The notes: generated from the letters alone by a model not told the origin. Shown: positions 17,516 to 27,648, numbered from the stretch's first letter. The stretch: DNA of 64,000 nt from an uncultured Veillonellaceae bacterium (GCA_958348245.1 CATVYJ010000005.1:13625-77624), one strand, 5' to 3'. Made by a program: numbers and translations.

Positions 17516-18778
17516 ATGGGTTTGATGAATATTATCGACGAATTGAAATGGCGCGGCGCGGTGAATCAGCAGACGGACGAGGAGGGGCTGTACGAGCTGG
17601 CGGGCTCGCAGGCGATTTCTCTCTACTGCGGCATCGATCCCACGGGGGACAGTATGCACATCGGGCATCTCATTCCCTTCATGATTCTGAAGCGGTTCCA
17701 GATGGCGGGGCATCATCCGTACATCGTCATCGGCGGCGGCACGGGGGCGATCGGCGATCCGTCGGGGCGCAAGACGGAGCGGGTGCTCCAGTCGGCGGAG
17801 CAGGTGCGGCACAATGCGGAGTGCCTCACGGCGCAGATGCAGAAGCTCTTCGGCGGGGACGGCACGTTTTCCATCGTGAATAATTACGACTGGCTGTCGA
17901 AGATTTCTCTGCTGGATTTCCTCCGGGACTACGGCAAGCTGTTCAGCGTGAACGCCATGCTGGCGAAGGACGTGGTGGCGTCGCGGCTGGAGACGGGGAT
18001 TTCCTTCACGGAGTTTTCGTACCAGATTCTCCAGTCGATCGACTATTACCAGCTGTACAAGACGTATCACATCCAGCTGCAGATCGGCGGGGCGGACCAG
18101 TGGGGCAATATCACGAACGGCATCGAGATGATGCGGAAGAAGGAGGGCATCACCGGCGTGTACGGCCTGACGATTCCGCTCATGCTGAAGGCGGACGGCA
18201 CGAAGTTCGGCAAGACCGCAGGCGGCGCGGTGTGGCTGGACCCGAAGAAGACGTCGCCGTATGAGTTCTACCAGTTCTGGTTCAATCAGGACGACCGGGA
18301 TGTGGTGAAGTATCTGAAGTATTTCACGTTCCTTTCTCACGAGGAGATCGACGCGCTGGATGCGGAGACGAAGGCGCATCCGGAGCACCGGGAGGCGCAG
18401 CGGCGTCTCGCGGAGGAGGTGACGCGCTTTGTGCACGGCGAGGAAGGACTCGCGGAGGCGGCGCGCGTGACGAAGGCGCTCTTTACGGGGGACGTGGCGG
18501 ATCTGTCCGGCGCGGAGATCGAGGGGGCGTTCCGCAATACGGCGGGCGGCGTGATTTCCGCCGCGCCCATGAATATCGTGGAGGCGCTCATCGAGGGCGG
18601 CGTGGAGACGTCGAAGCGGCAGGCCCGGGAGGATGTGAAGAACGGCGCGATCCGCGTGAACGGCGAGGCGGTGCGCGACACGGAGGCGGAGATCGCCGCG
18701 CATCCGCATACGGATGGAAAGTATGTCATCGTCCGCAAGGGCAAGAAGAAGTATTTCCTGCTGGAAGTGAAGGCGTAA
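17516..18778 (+). CDS. tyrS: tyrosine--tRNA ligase (true start may be the ATG at 17525, MNIIDELKWRG)
   Basis: HIGH motif (YCGIDPTGDSMHIGHL), KMSKS-like KFGKTAGGAVWL, C-terminal S4 domain. Confidence 0.9.
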   Translation: MGLMNIIDELKWRGAVNQQTDEEGLYELAGSQAISLYCGIDPTGDSMHIGHLIPFMILKRFQMAGHHPYIVIGGGTGAIGDPSGRKTERVLQSAEQVRHNAECLTAQMQKLFGGDGTFSIVNNYDWLSKISLLDFLRDYGKLFSVNAMLAKDVVASRLETGISFTEFSYQILQSIDYYQLYKTYHIQLQIGGADQWGNITNGIEMMRKKEGITGVYGLTIPLMLKADGTKFGKTAGGAVWLDPKKTSPYEFYQFWFNQDDRDVVKYLKYFTFLSHEEIDALDAETKAHPEHREAQRRLAEEVTRFVHGEEGLAEAARVTKALFTGDVADLSGAEIEGAFRNTAGGVISAAPMNIVEALIEGGVETSKRQAREDVKNGAIRVNGEAVRDTEAEIAAHPHTDGKYVIVRKGKKKYFLLEVKA

Positions 18779-18788
18779 GGAGGCGGCC

Positions 18789-19163
18789 ATGGAGTTTCGT
18801 TTCGATCATAACAATTACAATGTGCTGGATCTGGCAAAGAGCATCGCTTTTTACGAAGAGGCGCTGGGTCTCCGCGAGACGGGGCGCATCGAGGGGCCGG
18901 ACGGGGCGTTTCTCATCGTGTACATGGGGGACGGCGCGTCGAAGCAGCGGCTGGAGCTGACCTGGCTGCGGGACCGGAAGGAGCCGTACAATCTGGGGGA
19001 CAATGAGTTCCATCTGGCGTTTTCCACGCCGGACATGGCGGCGGCGCACGCGCTGCACGAGAAGATGGGCTGCATCTGCTATGAAAATCCGGAGATGGGC
19101 ATTTATTTCATCAGCGACCCCGACGGGTACTGGGTGGAAATCATCCCGGAAAAGGGCGAATGA
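18789..19163 (+). CDS. VOC-family / glyoxalase I-like protein
   Basis: 124 aa, MEFRFDHNNYNVLDLAKSIAFYEEALGL...HLAFSTPDMAAAHALHEKMGCICYENPEMGIYFISDPDGYWVEIIP. Confidence 0.75.
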   Translation: MEFRFDHNNYNVLDLAKSIAFYEEALGLRETGRIEGPDGAFLIVYMGDGASKQRLELTWLRDRKEPYNLGDNEFHLAFSTPDMAAAHALHEKMGCICYENPEMGIYFISDPDGYWVEIIPEKGE

Positions 19164-19852
19164 ATCCGCAGTGGGAGCGGACGGCCCGCGTCGTGGGGGA
19201 AGCGGGGGTCGCGCGGCTCGCGCAGGCGTCCGCGGCGGTCTTCGGCATCGGCGGGGTCGGCTCGTACGCGGCGGAGGCGCTGGTCCGCGCGGGGGTGGGG
19301 CGGCTCTGCTTCATCGACGCGGACACGGTGGAGCTGTCCAACCTGAACCGCCAGCTCGTGGCGGAGCGGGGGACGCTCGGCCGGGCGAAGGCGGAGGTCA
19401 TGGCGGAGCGCGCCGCCCGGGTGAATCCGGCCTGCGAGGCGCTGGCTTTCGTGCGCCGCTACGCGCCGGGGGATGAGGCGTTTCTCGCTTCGCTCGGCGT
19501 GGATTTCGTCATCGACGCCATCGACGACGTGCCGGCGAAGGTGTCGCTCGCGGCGGCGTGCGCGCGCCTTGCCGTGCCGGAGGCGGCGTCCATGGGGACG
19601 GGAAACCGGCTGCATCCGGAGATGCTGGCGGTGGCGGATATTTATGAGACGTCGGCGGACCCGCTCGCGCGGCGCATGCGGTGGGAGCTCCGCGCGGCGG
19701 GAGTGGCGCGCCTGACGGCGGTGTATTCGAAGGAGACGCCCGTGAAGACCGGCGCGGGCGCGGTGGGTTCGGTGTCGTTCGTGCCGCCCGCGGCGGGGAT
19801 GATTCTCGCGGGCATTGCCGTGCGGACGCTTCTCGGGGAGGAAACGCGATGA
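19160..19852 (+). CDS. tcdA: tRNA threonylcarbamoyladenosine dehydratase (ThiF/MoeB E1-like)
   Basis: GIGGVGSYAAEALVRAGVGRLCFIDADTVELSNLNRQ Rossmann/E1 motif, 230 aa. Confidence 0.8.
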   Translation: MNPQWERTARVVGEAGVARLAQASAAVFGIGGVGSYAAEALVRAGVGRLCFIDADTVELSNLNRQLVAERGTLGRAKAEVMAERAARVNPACEALAFVRRYAPGDEAFLASLGVDFVIDAIDDVPAKVSLAAACARLAVPEAASMGTGNRLHPEMLAVADIYETSADPLARRMRWELRAAGVARLTAVYSKETPVKTGAGAVGSVSFVPPAAGMILAGIAVRTLLGEETR

Positions 19853-20463
19853 GGTATGCGCTGCGCCATATGGAATGGATCACGCTCACGGTGGACGGCC
19901 GGCCGCACTACGGCTACGACCAGGAGTGGTACCCCGACCGGTGGCAGAAGCTCGCCGGGTGCGGGCCCACCACGGGCGCGGCGATTGCGGCGTATCTCGA
20001 GGCGGGGCAGCTCGGCCTCCGGGTGGCCACGCGGGAGGAGGCGGAGGCGAAGATGCTCGCCTTCTGGCCGTACGCCACGCCGCGCATGCACGGGCTGTAC
20101 AAGACGCGCTGGCTCATGGAGGGGCTTTCGGCGTATCTGGCGGACCACCGCCTCGCGGGGCGCGCGGAGATGATGCACATCCCGCTCCTGCGCCCGCTCC
20201 GTCCGTCCATGGACGCGCTGGGGCGGTTCATCGCGGAGGGGCTCGCGGCGGACGCGCCGCTGGGCTTTCTCTGCCTGCACAACGGCGGCAACGACGCGCT
20301 CTACAGCTGGCACTGGATGCCTTTCACCGCGCTGGCGCGGGAGGGAGACCGCTGGACGGGGACGGTGCTCGACGAAGGGCGGCAGATCGACTTCGACCTC
20401 GGGGCGTGGCTCGCGGCGAGCCGCTTCGGAGGGGGCTTCGTGCGCATCGCCGCAGGGACGTAA
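19849..20463 (+). CDS. hypothetical protein (Trp-rich, 204 aa) translationally coupled to tcdA (ATGA overlap)
   Basis: MRYALRHMEWITLTVDGRPHYGYDQEWYPDRWQKLAGCGPTTGAAIAAYLEAG... No family recognised. The upstream part of the track ORF is excluded. Confidence 0.45.
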   Translation: MRYALRHMEWITLTVDGRPHYGYDQEWYPDRWQKLAGCGPTTGAAIAAYLEAGQLGLRVATREEAEAKMLAFWPYATPRMHGLYKTRWLMEGLSAYLADHRLAGRAEMMHIPLLRPLRPSMDALGRFIAEGLAADAPLGFLCLHNGGNDALYSWHWMPFTALAREGDRWTGTVLDEGRQIDFDLGAWLAASRFGGGFVRIAAGT

Positions 20464-20480
20464 ACGGAAAAATAAAAAAG

Positions 20481-20507
20481 GAGCGCCGGGAGACCGGCGC
20501 TCTTTTG
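20481..20507 (+). terminator. intrinsic terminator
   Basis: gagcgccgg gaga ccggcgctc tttt. Confidence 0.6.
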
Positions 20508-20555
20508 TGATACAATGAAGAAAAATCCGGGCATGGCCCGCAAAGGAGGGATTGT

Positions 20556-21032
20556 ATGAAACAACTGACGGCGCTCGCGCTGGCGGCGTGCCTCGTGCCG
20601 GCCGCGGCGGGGGCGGTGAGCTCGCAGGAGCTGGCGGATACGGCGAAGTACCGCCCGATTTACATGAGCGAGGCGGGCGTGGTGTACGCGGATCTGGCGA
20701 GCATCAAGACGGGCGACCCCGTGGAAGGGCAGCTCCCGCTCATCCAGGCGGACATTTACATGGAGCAGTATCAGGCAGACCCCACGTACGAGAGCATCAC
20801 CGGCGAAGGGCTGGTGACGAATATTTTCGCGTACCACACGAAGCTCCTCGCGGTGCACCGCATGAACGACCGGGACGGCCTCCTCACGTACTACATTGAC
20901 AACCGGCTCTTCGGCATCTTCACGCCCGGAGGCCGGGCGGCGGACGTACCGCCCCAGGCGGGCGAGGCCCAGTCCTTCGCGCTCACGAATGAAGCGCAGG
21001 ACATCTATCTCAATCTCTACCGCTGCCTCTGA
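20556..21032 (+). CDS. secreted hypothetical protein (signal peptide MKQLTALALAACLVPAAAGA)
   Basis: 158 aa with an N-terminal signal peptide. No family recognised. Confidence 0.5.
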   Translation: MKQLTALALAACLVPAAAGAVSSQELADTAKYRPIYMSEAGVVYADLASIKTGDPVEGQLPLIQADIYMEQYQADPTYESITGEGLVTNIFAYHTKLLAVHRMNDRDGLLTYYIDNRLFGIFTPGGRAADVPPQAGEAQSFALTNEAQDIYLNLYRCL

Positions 21033-21158
21033 GCGCGGCGCAGATCCCCGGCGCGTCCGGGGATTTCGCGCGTCTGGACATGACAGGGGAAATATGATAC
21101 AGTAGGCTCAAAGCACTACGTGCGGCAACTGAATGAAAAGGCATCGATGGAGAAGCAT

Positions 21159-22229
21159 ATGAGACTCAGCATAGCAGGCGGCTGCGGCGATTTCGGGCGC
21201 AGCTGTTTTTTTGTATCTGGAAATCAGCACGCATACATTGTGGACTGCGGCGCGTCCACGGACGGCATGAACCGCGTGCCGGATCTCACCGCGGAGGAGC
21301 TCCGCAGCGCGGAATACCTTTTTCTCACCCATTCTCACCGGGACCACACGGGCGCGGTGGAGTGGGCGGAGGAGTCGGGCTTTCACGGGCAGATGATGAT
21401 GTCCGCCCAGACGTACCGGCAGCTCTCGTACAAGCCGAAGACGGCGGTCATCCTGGATTCGACGGCGCCCGAGGTGGAGCTGCTGCCGGATTTCTCTCTC
21501 CGGTGGGGCCGGACGGGCCACTGCTGCGGCGCGGTGTGGTACGCCATCACCTGCGAGGGGCGGACGGCATTCTTCTCCGGGGACTACCGCGAGGGCGACC
21601 CCTTCTACCGGAATGACCCCGTGCGGGATCTGGCGGCGGATATCGCCGTCATCGACGCGGCGTATCCCACGGACGACACGGGCGGGGCCATGCGGGAGGA
21701 ATTCCTCGCGCGGGCGCTCGCCATGGCGGAGGCGGGGCCGCTCATCCTGCCCGTGCCCCATTTCGGGCGGGGGCTGTCCATGGCGGCGGCGCTCTATGAA
21801 AAGACGGGCGGGGCGCTTCCCATGGCGATGGACGCGCGGCTTCTCCGGGAGTGGCGCACCTTTGCCCGGCGGAAGTATTTCGTCAATCCTTCCGTGTGGG
21901 ATGTGCCCGTGGAGGCGTTTCAGCCCTGGGACGGGGTGCACATCGACGGGCGGGGCGTCTATTTCCTCACGGACGCGCAGCTTTCCCGCGCGGAGAGCCG
22001 GCAGCTCGCGGACCGCGCGCCCGAGGCGCAGATCCTTCTCTCGGGGAGCCTGCACGGCTACGGCCGCGCGAAGGAGTACGTTGCGGCGGGCCGGGCGGAG
22101 CAGGCGCTCTGGCCGAACCACATGACGTACGGGGAGATGCGGGCCCTCGCCGGGGCCAACCGCTTCGCGCAGGTGGTGCCGTATCACGACCCGCGCCGCG
22201 CGCCGGACGCCTACATTTACGAATTCTAA
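21159..22229 (+). CDS. MBL-fold metallo-hydrolase
   Basis: HSHRDHTG (HxHxDH) motif. Start chosen after the SD ggagaag (the track ORF begins at 21120). Confidence 0.7.
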   Translation: MRLSIAGGCGDFGRSCFFVSGNQHAYIVDCGASTDGMNRVPDLTAEELRSAEYLFLTHSHRDHTGAVEWAEESGFHGQMMMSAQTYRQLSYKPKTAVILDSTAPEVELLPDFSLRWGRTGHCCGAVWYAITCEGRTAFFSGDYREGDPFYRNDPVRDLAADIAVIDAAYPTDDTGGAMREEFLARALAMAEAGPLILPVPHFGRGLSMAAALYEKTGGALPMAMDARLLREWRTFARRKYFVNPSVWDVPVEAFQPWDGVHIDGRGVYFLTDAQLSRAESRQLADRAPEAQILLSGSLHGYGRAKEYVAAGRAEQALWPNHMTYGEMRALAGANRFAQVVPYHDPRRAPDAYIYEF

Positions 22230-22376
22230 GAGCTTAGAGAAAAAGTGCTTCGCCGGTAATAGATTTTTTCTGTACAGGTCTGGCCGGCGGCGGCGATTCT
22301 CCCGAAGCGGGGAGCGCCGCCGCTGTGTTATAATACAGTAAGAAAGCAGTGACCAATCCGGAAAGGGGTGTCTCGA

Positions 22377-22823
22377 ATGATCAGTTACAAAAAAATTCTC
22401 GTTCCTTACGACGGCTCGGAACACGCGAAGAAAGCGCTGCAGCAGGCGGTGGATCTCGCGCAGGCCGGAAGCGGCGAGCTGGTCATCGCCAGCGTGTGCA
22501 ATATCGTGTCGGTGATGAGCAATTTCGACCAGGTGTCCATCGCGGAGGGGTGCCTCACGACGCAGCTGTCGCAGGACCTGGAGAAACAGTGCCGGGAAGA
22601 TCTGGCGGAAGCAGAAAAAGTGGTGCCGGAGGGCGTGAAGTACGAGACCCGCTTTGAAGTGGGCTCCCCCGGACCGGTGCTGCTGCAGCTGGCGGACGAG
22701 CTGGGCTGCGATCTCGTGGTGATGGGCAGCCGCGGCCTCGGACCGCTCAAAGGCATCTTCATGGGGTCCGTTTCGAGCTATCTCGTAAGCCGCGCGAAAT
22801 GTCCGGTATTGATCGTGAAATAA
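22377..22823 (+). CDS. universal stress protein (UspA family)
   Basis: MISYKKILVPYDGSEHAKKALQQAVDLA...VVMGSRGLGPLKGIFMGSVSSYLVSRAKCPVLIVK. Confidence 0.85.
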   Translation: MISYKKILVPYDGSEHAKKALQQAVDLAQAGSGELVIASVCNIVSVMSNFDQVSIAEGCLTTQLSQDLEKQCREDLAEAEKVVPEGVKYETRFEVGSPGPVLLQLADELGCDLVVMGSRGLGPLKGIFMGSVSSYLVSRAKCPVLIVK

Positions 22824-22890
22824 GGAAAGGGGCCGCTTTGCGGCCTTTCTTTTTTGGCGGAACCGTTCCGGCGGAGAAAGGGGGCAGACT

Positions 22891-24234
22891 GTGAATTCGC
22901 ACTGGCAGTGGCTGAAAGGCGAGCTGGACGCGTGGACGGCGGAGGGCATCCTCTCGGAGGAAGCGGCGGAGGCGATCCGCGCGCGGTGCGGCCGCATGAG
23001 GGCATTTTCCTGGACGGGGCCGCTCGCGCTGTGCGCCGCGGCGTGTCTGGCCGCGGGGGCGGTCTTCACCGCCGCGGGCCTGTGGGGCGCGCTCTCGCAG
23101 GATCAGCGCTTCGTCCTCGCCATGGGGCCGCTCGTCGCGTCGCTTCTCGCGGCGGCGCTGTTCCTCCTCGGGGAGGGCGCGTTCGCCCGGCCGGCCCGGC
23201 GCGGGGAGGACGGCGCGGTGTCCCCGGCGCGGCAGGGATTTCCCCTGTGGCTCCGGGAGAGCGCGGGGGTCTTTCACGGCGCGGCGGCGACGGCCGCGGT
23301 ATGGATGGTGCACGATTCCTACATGGTGGACAGCGACAGCTCGGCGCTCTTCGCGGTGCTGGCGCTCTGCCTGGTGGTGATGCTGTACCTGCTCCGCTCG
23401 GCGGGGCTGGGGATGATCGCCGCGGCGGATGCGGCGTACGCGGCGTGGATCTGCCCGGCGGGCGGCTGGGTGGACGGCGCGGCGTGGGTGCTTCTCGCGG
23501 CGGCGTTCCCGTTCCTTTTCTTCCTCATCCGGGAGCGGCGGGAGCGGGGCGGCATCGCCTTTGCCTGGGGATGGATCGCGGCGGTGCTGGCGCTCACCTT
23601 CTTCACCGCGTCGTCGGCCCTGTGGCAGGCGGTCTTCTTCGCTATCGCGGCGTCGCTCACATGGCTCGCGGGATCGGCGCTCCGGGACTTCGGCTGGGTG
23701 GGCGCGGCGTTCCGCTTCTTCGGGGGCGCGGCGGTCTTTGCGGCGCTTCTGGCGGCGTCGTTCGGCTCGTCCTGGCGCGGCGCGGACGGCGGGGCGCTCC
23801 TGTGGGTGCTGCTTCTCCTCTTCCTCGCGGCGGACGGGGCGCTTCTCCTGAAAGCGGCGGCCCGCCGGGAGTGGCTCAGCACGGCGGCGGGGCTCACGCC
23901 CTTCGTGATGGCCGCGGGGGCGCTCCTTGCGCTGTGGGACGCGAGCGGCGTCTCCTCGGCGGTGCTCGTGTCGTGCTTCACGGCTTTCCTCGCGGCGGCG
24001 GTTATCGCCCGGGGATACCAGACGGACCGGGAGTGGCAGATGGGCGCGGGCCTGCTGATCCTCCTCGCCGGCGGGGGCGTGCGCCTCGTGGATTCGGCGC
24101 TCACCTTCGGGCAGCGGGGCGCGTTCTTCCTGACGGCGGGCGTGGTGGCGGCAGTGCTCTGCGCGCTCCTGCGTACGCCCGGGAAGCGGGGGAAGCGCCG
24201 GGACGCAGAGGAAGGAGGCGGCGGCGATGCGTAG
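22891..24234 (+). CDS. polytopic membrane protein (DUF2157-like)
   Basis: 447 aa with a hydrophobic Ala/Leu-rich multi-TM profile. Its 3' end overlaps the next gene. Confidence 0.5.
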   Translation: MNSHWQWLKGELDAWTAEGILSEEAAEAIRARCGRMRAFSWTGPLALCAAACLAAGAVFTAAGLWGALSQDQRFVLAMGPLVASLLAAALFLLGEGAFARPARRGEDGAVSPARQGFPLWLRESAGVFHGAAATAAVWMVHDSYMVDSDSSALFAVLALCLVVMLYLLRSAGLGMIAAADAAYAAWICPAGGWVDGAAWVLLAAAFPFLFFLIRERRERGGIAFAWGWIAAVLALTFFTASSALWQAVFFAIAASLTWLAGSALRDFGWVGAAFRFFGGAAVFAALLAASFGSSWRGADGGALLWVLLLLFLAADGALLLKAAARREWLSTAAGLTPFVMAAGALLALWDASGVSSAVLVSCFTAFLAAAVIARGYQTDREWQMGAGLLILLAGGGVRLVDSALTFGQRGAFFLTAGVVAAVLCALLRTPGKRGKRRDAEEGGGGDA

Positions 24235-24886
24235 GAAATGGGTATGGATCTTTTTCCTTCTCGCCGCGGCGGCGGAAATCTGCCTCCTCGTGTGGGTGCG
24301 CGGGGAGTACCGCACGGTCCTCGCGGAAGGGAAGACTTACGTCACGCCTGTGACGGTCAATTTTAACGAAAATTTCTACGAAAAGAATTACATCCCGCTT
24401 CATGTGCCCGTCGATAAGGCCCAGTGGAACAGCCAGGCCGCGCCGGCGGAAGGGGAAGAGGTGTACCTCGCCGTCGCGGGCGGAAAGAATCAGGAGATGC
24501 AGGTGCTCCGGGCGCAGCTCGAGCCGCCGCAGGGCGACTGGATCCTCGTGCGGGCCAAGCGCCTCGACGGCGACGTGCTCCATTTCGATTTCCCCGCGGA
24601 CCGGCTGTATATGAACGCTGCGGACATCCGCAAGATCTCCATCACGGAGCTCGCCGAGCGCGTGCAGGTGAAAAATCCCGACACGGGCCGGGTGGAGACG
24701 CGCATGAAGAACGCGCTCACGGCGAAGCTCCGCGTGAAGGACGGGCGCGTGGTCATTGAAGACCTGCTGGTGAACGGCAGTCCCGCCACCGCGGCGTACG
24801 CCACTGTGGGGCAGAATGCGGACGTGAAGTACGCCGCCAGCGGGAAGGAAAAAGACGAAGTGCTGCCCATGGGAAGAGAGACCTGA
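24227..24886 (+). CDS. GDYXXLXY-domain protein (membrane-anchored partner of DUF2157 proteins)
   Basis: N-terminal TM segment MRRKWVWIFFLLAAAAEICLLVW, then ...PQGDWILVRAKRLDGDVLHFDFPADRLYMNA. Confidence 0.45.
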   Translation: MRRKWVWIFFLLAAAAEICLLVWVRGEYRTVLAEGKTYVTPVTVNFNENFYEKNYIPLHVPVDKAQWNSQAAPAEGEEVYLAVAGGKNQEMQVLRAQLEPPQGDWILVRAKRLDGDVLHFDFPADRLYMNAADIRKISITELAERVQVKNPDTGRVETRMKNALTAKLRVKDGRVVIEDLLVNGSPATAAYATVGQNADVKYAASGKEKDEVLPMGRET

Positions 24887-24915
24887 CGGGCCTTTGCGAA
24901 AGGCAGGGACGATCC

Positions 24916-25383
24916 ATGTACATCATCTGTATGAGACACGGCGCGGCGGAGCCGGAGAGCGAGACGGTCGCCAACCGGGACCGCCGGCTCACCGACAAGG
25001 GCGTGCGCGGCGCGGGGCGCACGGCGGACATCCTGCGCCATTTCCTCAAGGGAAACCGCCTCACCATTTACACCAGCCCGTACCGCCGGACAAAGCAGAC
25101 CGCGGAGATCGCGGCGGACATCTGCGGCGGCTCCGTGCAGGCGGCGGAAGAGCTGCTCCAGAGCGCGTGGGGCCCCATCGCGGCGCACTGCCTGGCCGGC
25201 GGCGGGCCCATCCTCCTCGTGGGGCATCAGCCCTTTCTCCAGAGCTATCTCATGACCGTTGCCGGCGCGGCCCTCAAATTTGCCCCCGCCGCGGCGGCCG
25301 TGGTGGACTACGATCCGGAATGGCGGCAGGGAAAACTGATCGGCTATATCTCGCCGGACCTGAAAAAACTCCGGAAACGCTGA
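24916..25383 (+). CDS. histidine phosphatase family protein (SixA-like phosphohistidine phosphatase)
   Basis: MYIICMRHGAAEPES...RLTDKG... RHG catalytic motif. 155 aa. Confidence 0.7.
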   Translation: MYIICMRHGAAEPESETVANRDRRLTDKGVRGAGRTADILRHFLKGNRLTIYTSPYRRTKQTAEIAADICGGSVQAAEELLQSAWGPIAAHCLAGGGPILLVGHQPFLQSYLMTVAGAALKFAPAAAAVVDYDPEWRQGKLIGYISPDLKKLRKR

Positions 25384-25429
25384 CAGGGGCGGCCCGCGGG
25401 CTGCCTCTTTTTTTCAGAAAGGAATCTCC

Positions 25430-26239
25430 ATGAAACAACTTCTCACCATCGCCGGCTCCGATCCCACCGGCGGCGCGGGCATCCAGGCGGACCTGAAAAC
25501 CTTCGCCGCCCTCGGGACGTACGGCATGAGCTGTATCTGCGCCGTCGTGGCGGAAAATACCACCCGCGTCACCGCCGTGCAGAATATCACCCCCGACATG
25601 GTCACGGCCCAGCTTACGGACGTATACGACGACATCCCGCCGGACGCGGTGAAGACGGGGATGCTCTCCACGCCGGCCATCGTCCGCGCCGTGGCGGATT
25701 TCCTCCGCGCCCGCCGGGGGCCGCCCGTCGTGGTGGACCCGGTTATGGTGGCCACCTCGGGGGGCCTGCTTCTCGAGCCGGAAGCGGTGGACATTTACAA
25801 AGAAGCGCTCTTTCCCGAAGCGGCGCTCATCACGCCGAACATCCCCGAAGCGGAGGTGCTCACGGGCATGACCATCCGCAATGCGGACGACATGGCCCGC
25901 GCGGCGGAGGCGCTCCTCTCGTACGGCTGCGGGGCGGCGCTCGTCAAGGGCGGGCACCGCGTGGAGGACGCGCTGGACGTGCTCGCCGACGGCAGAGGCG
26001 TCCACACCTTCCGGGGGCGGCGCGTGGACACGAAGAACACCCACGGCACGGGCTGCACCCTTTCGAGCGCCCTTGCGGTCTTCCTCGCCCGGGGGCTTGC
26101 CCTCGAAGACGCGGTGGCCGCGGCGAAATCCTATCTCACGGGCGCGCTGGAGAGCGCGGCGAAAGGCTCCGTGGGGAAGGGCAGCGGCCCCGTGGACCAC
26201 TTCTGGTTCTACGGCAAACGGTGGGGCGTGATGGAATGA
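25430..26239 (+). CDS. thiD: hydroxymethylpyrimidine/phosphomethylpyrimidine kinase
   Basis: MKQLLTIAGSDPTGGAGIQADLKTF...DPVMVATSGG...THGTGCTLSSALA. Confidence 0.85.
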   Translation: MKQLLTIAGSDPTGGAGIQADLKTFAALGTYGMSCICAVVAENTTRVTAVQNITPDMVTAQLTDVYDDIPPDAVKTGMLSTPAIVRAVADFLRARRGPPVVVDPVMVATSGGLLLEPEAVDIYKEALFPEAALITPNIPEAEVLTGMTIRNADDMARAAEALLSYGCGAALVKGGHRVEDALDVLADGRGVHTFRGRRVDTKNTHGTGCTLSSALAVFLARGLALEDAVAAAKSYLTGALESAAKGSVGKGSGPVDHFWFYGKRWGVME

Positions 26240-26823
26240 ACCATTTCTTCGCCTACATGGCGCGCCTCAAGTACATCCGCCGGTGGGGCCTCATGCGGAA
26301 CACCGTCCCCGAAAACGACGCGGAGCACACCCTGCAGACCGCGATGATCGCCCACGGCCTCGCGCTCATCCGGCGGGAAATCTTCCGCGAGCCCTGCGAT
26401 CCTGACCGGTGCGCCGTGCTCGCCCTTTACCACGACGCGAGCGAAGTCTTCACAGGCGATCTGCCCACGCCCGTGAAATATTTCAGCGGCGCGCTCCGCG
26501 GCCAGTACGGGGAAATCGAGCGCATGGCGCGGCAGCGGCTCCTCGCGACGCTCCCCGAGGCGCTGCGCCCGGCGTACCGCCCCTTCGTGGAGGACATGGA
26601 GAGCGATCCCCTCTGGCCGCTCGTCAAGGCGGCGGACACCCTCTCGGCGTATCTCAAGTGCCGGGAAGAACAGCAGGCGGGCAATCCCGAATTTGACGAA
26701 GCGGCGCGCAGCACCGAAGACAAACTGCGCGGCCTCGGCCTGAAAGAAGTGGACTGGTTCCTCGCGCACTTCGCGGGGAGCTTCGCCCTCACCCTCGACG
26801 AAATGAACCGCCAGTCCGAATAA
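26236..26823 (+). CDS. HD-domain 5'-deoxynucleotidase (YfbR-like)
   Basis: MNHFFAYMARLKYIRRWGLMRNTVPENDAEHTLQTAMIAHGLA...YHDASEVFTGDLPTP. Confidence 0.75.
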   Translation: MNHFFAYMARLKYIRRWGLMRNTVPENDAEHTLQTAMIAHGLALIRREIFREPCDPDRCAVLALYHDASEVFTGDLPTPVKYFSGALRGQYGEIERMARQRLLATLPEALRPAYRPFVEDMESDPLWPLVKAADTLSAYLKCREEQQAGNPEFDEAARSTEDKLRGLGLKEVDWFLAHFAGSFALTLDEMNRQSE

Positions 26824-26997
26824 AGCGCCGGCCCCTCCGCGGGCCGGTTTTTGCGTGCGGGGCCATAAAAAATCCGCGTCTCCGCCGGCGGGGGCGTCCG
26901 GGCGGGCCTCCTCCCGCTCTTCCGGTGGCCGCCCGGAAAAATTTTCTATATAATAAAAAGAAAAGCCCCGCGAATGGGGAGAAAAGAGGTGCGGACC

Positions 26998-27648
26998 ATG
27001 AAAAAAATCTGGCTGGCGGCGGCGCTCGCCGCGGCGGTGCTCTGCGGGGGCGCGGCGGAAGCGGCGCAGCCCGGTCTGATGGACGGCGCGGCGCAGATCG
27101 AGACGGCGGCGCCGCAGATTCTCACGGATTTCGACGCGAAGATTCCCGTGTGGCGGGGCGGCACGGCGCTCCAGCGGGCGCGGGTGAACGCCGCCGTCGA
27201 AGCGGAGACGGCGCGCTTCACCGCGCGTCTCACAAACCTGCGCAAAAACGGCGAGGTGTCCGGCTGGCTGAGCTGGCAGGCGGGGCGCGCGGACGCGGAC
27301 CTCGTGAGCCTGGTGCTCTTCGAGTCGGTGTATTTCAAGGGCGCGGCCCATCCGTCCACCACGGTGGTGGGCCTAACGTTCGATGCGAAGGGCGAGCCGG
27401 TCACGCGGGAGGACGCCATCGCCCGGGCGGTGCCGCAGACGGCGGAGGAGATCAACGCCGCCATTGAGCAGCAGGGAGAGGCGCGGGATCTCATGCTCTT
27501 CCGGCCGGAGTGGCGCGAGGTGCAGGGCTGGCCGCAGGAATTCTACGTCGGCGCGGACGGCCGTCTGTATTTCATCTTCCAGCAGTATGCCATCGCGCCG
27601 TACGCGGCGGGATGGATCGCCATCGATGCGGGGCCGTGGACGGCGTGA
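26998..27648 (+). CDS. secreted protein with DUF3298/DUF4163-like (RsiV-type) fold
   Basis: Signal peptide MKKIWLAAALAAAVLCGGAAEA, ...FESVYFKGAAHP...QQYAIAPYAAGWIAI. Confidence 0.5.
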   Translation: MKKIWLAAALAAAVLCGGAAEAAQPGLMDGAAQIETAAPQILTDFDAKIPVWRGGTALQRARVNAAVEAETARFTARLTNLRKNGEVSGWLSWQAGRADADLVSLVLFESVYFKGAAHPSTTVVGLTFDAKGEPVTREDAIARAVPQTAEEINAAIEQQGEARDLMLFRPEWREVQGWPQEFYVGADGRLYFIFQQYAIAPYAAGWIAIDAGPWTA

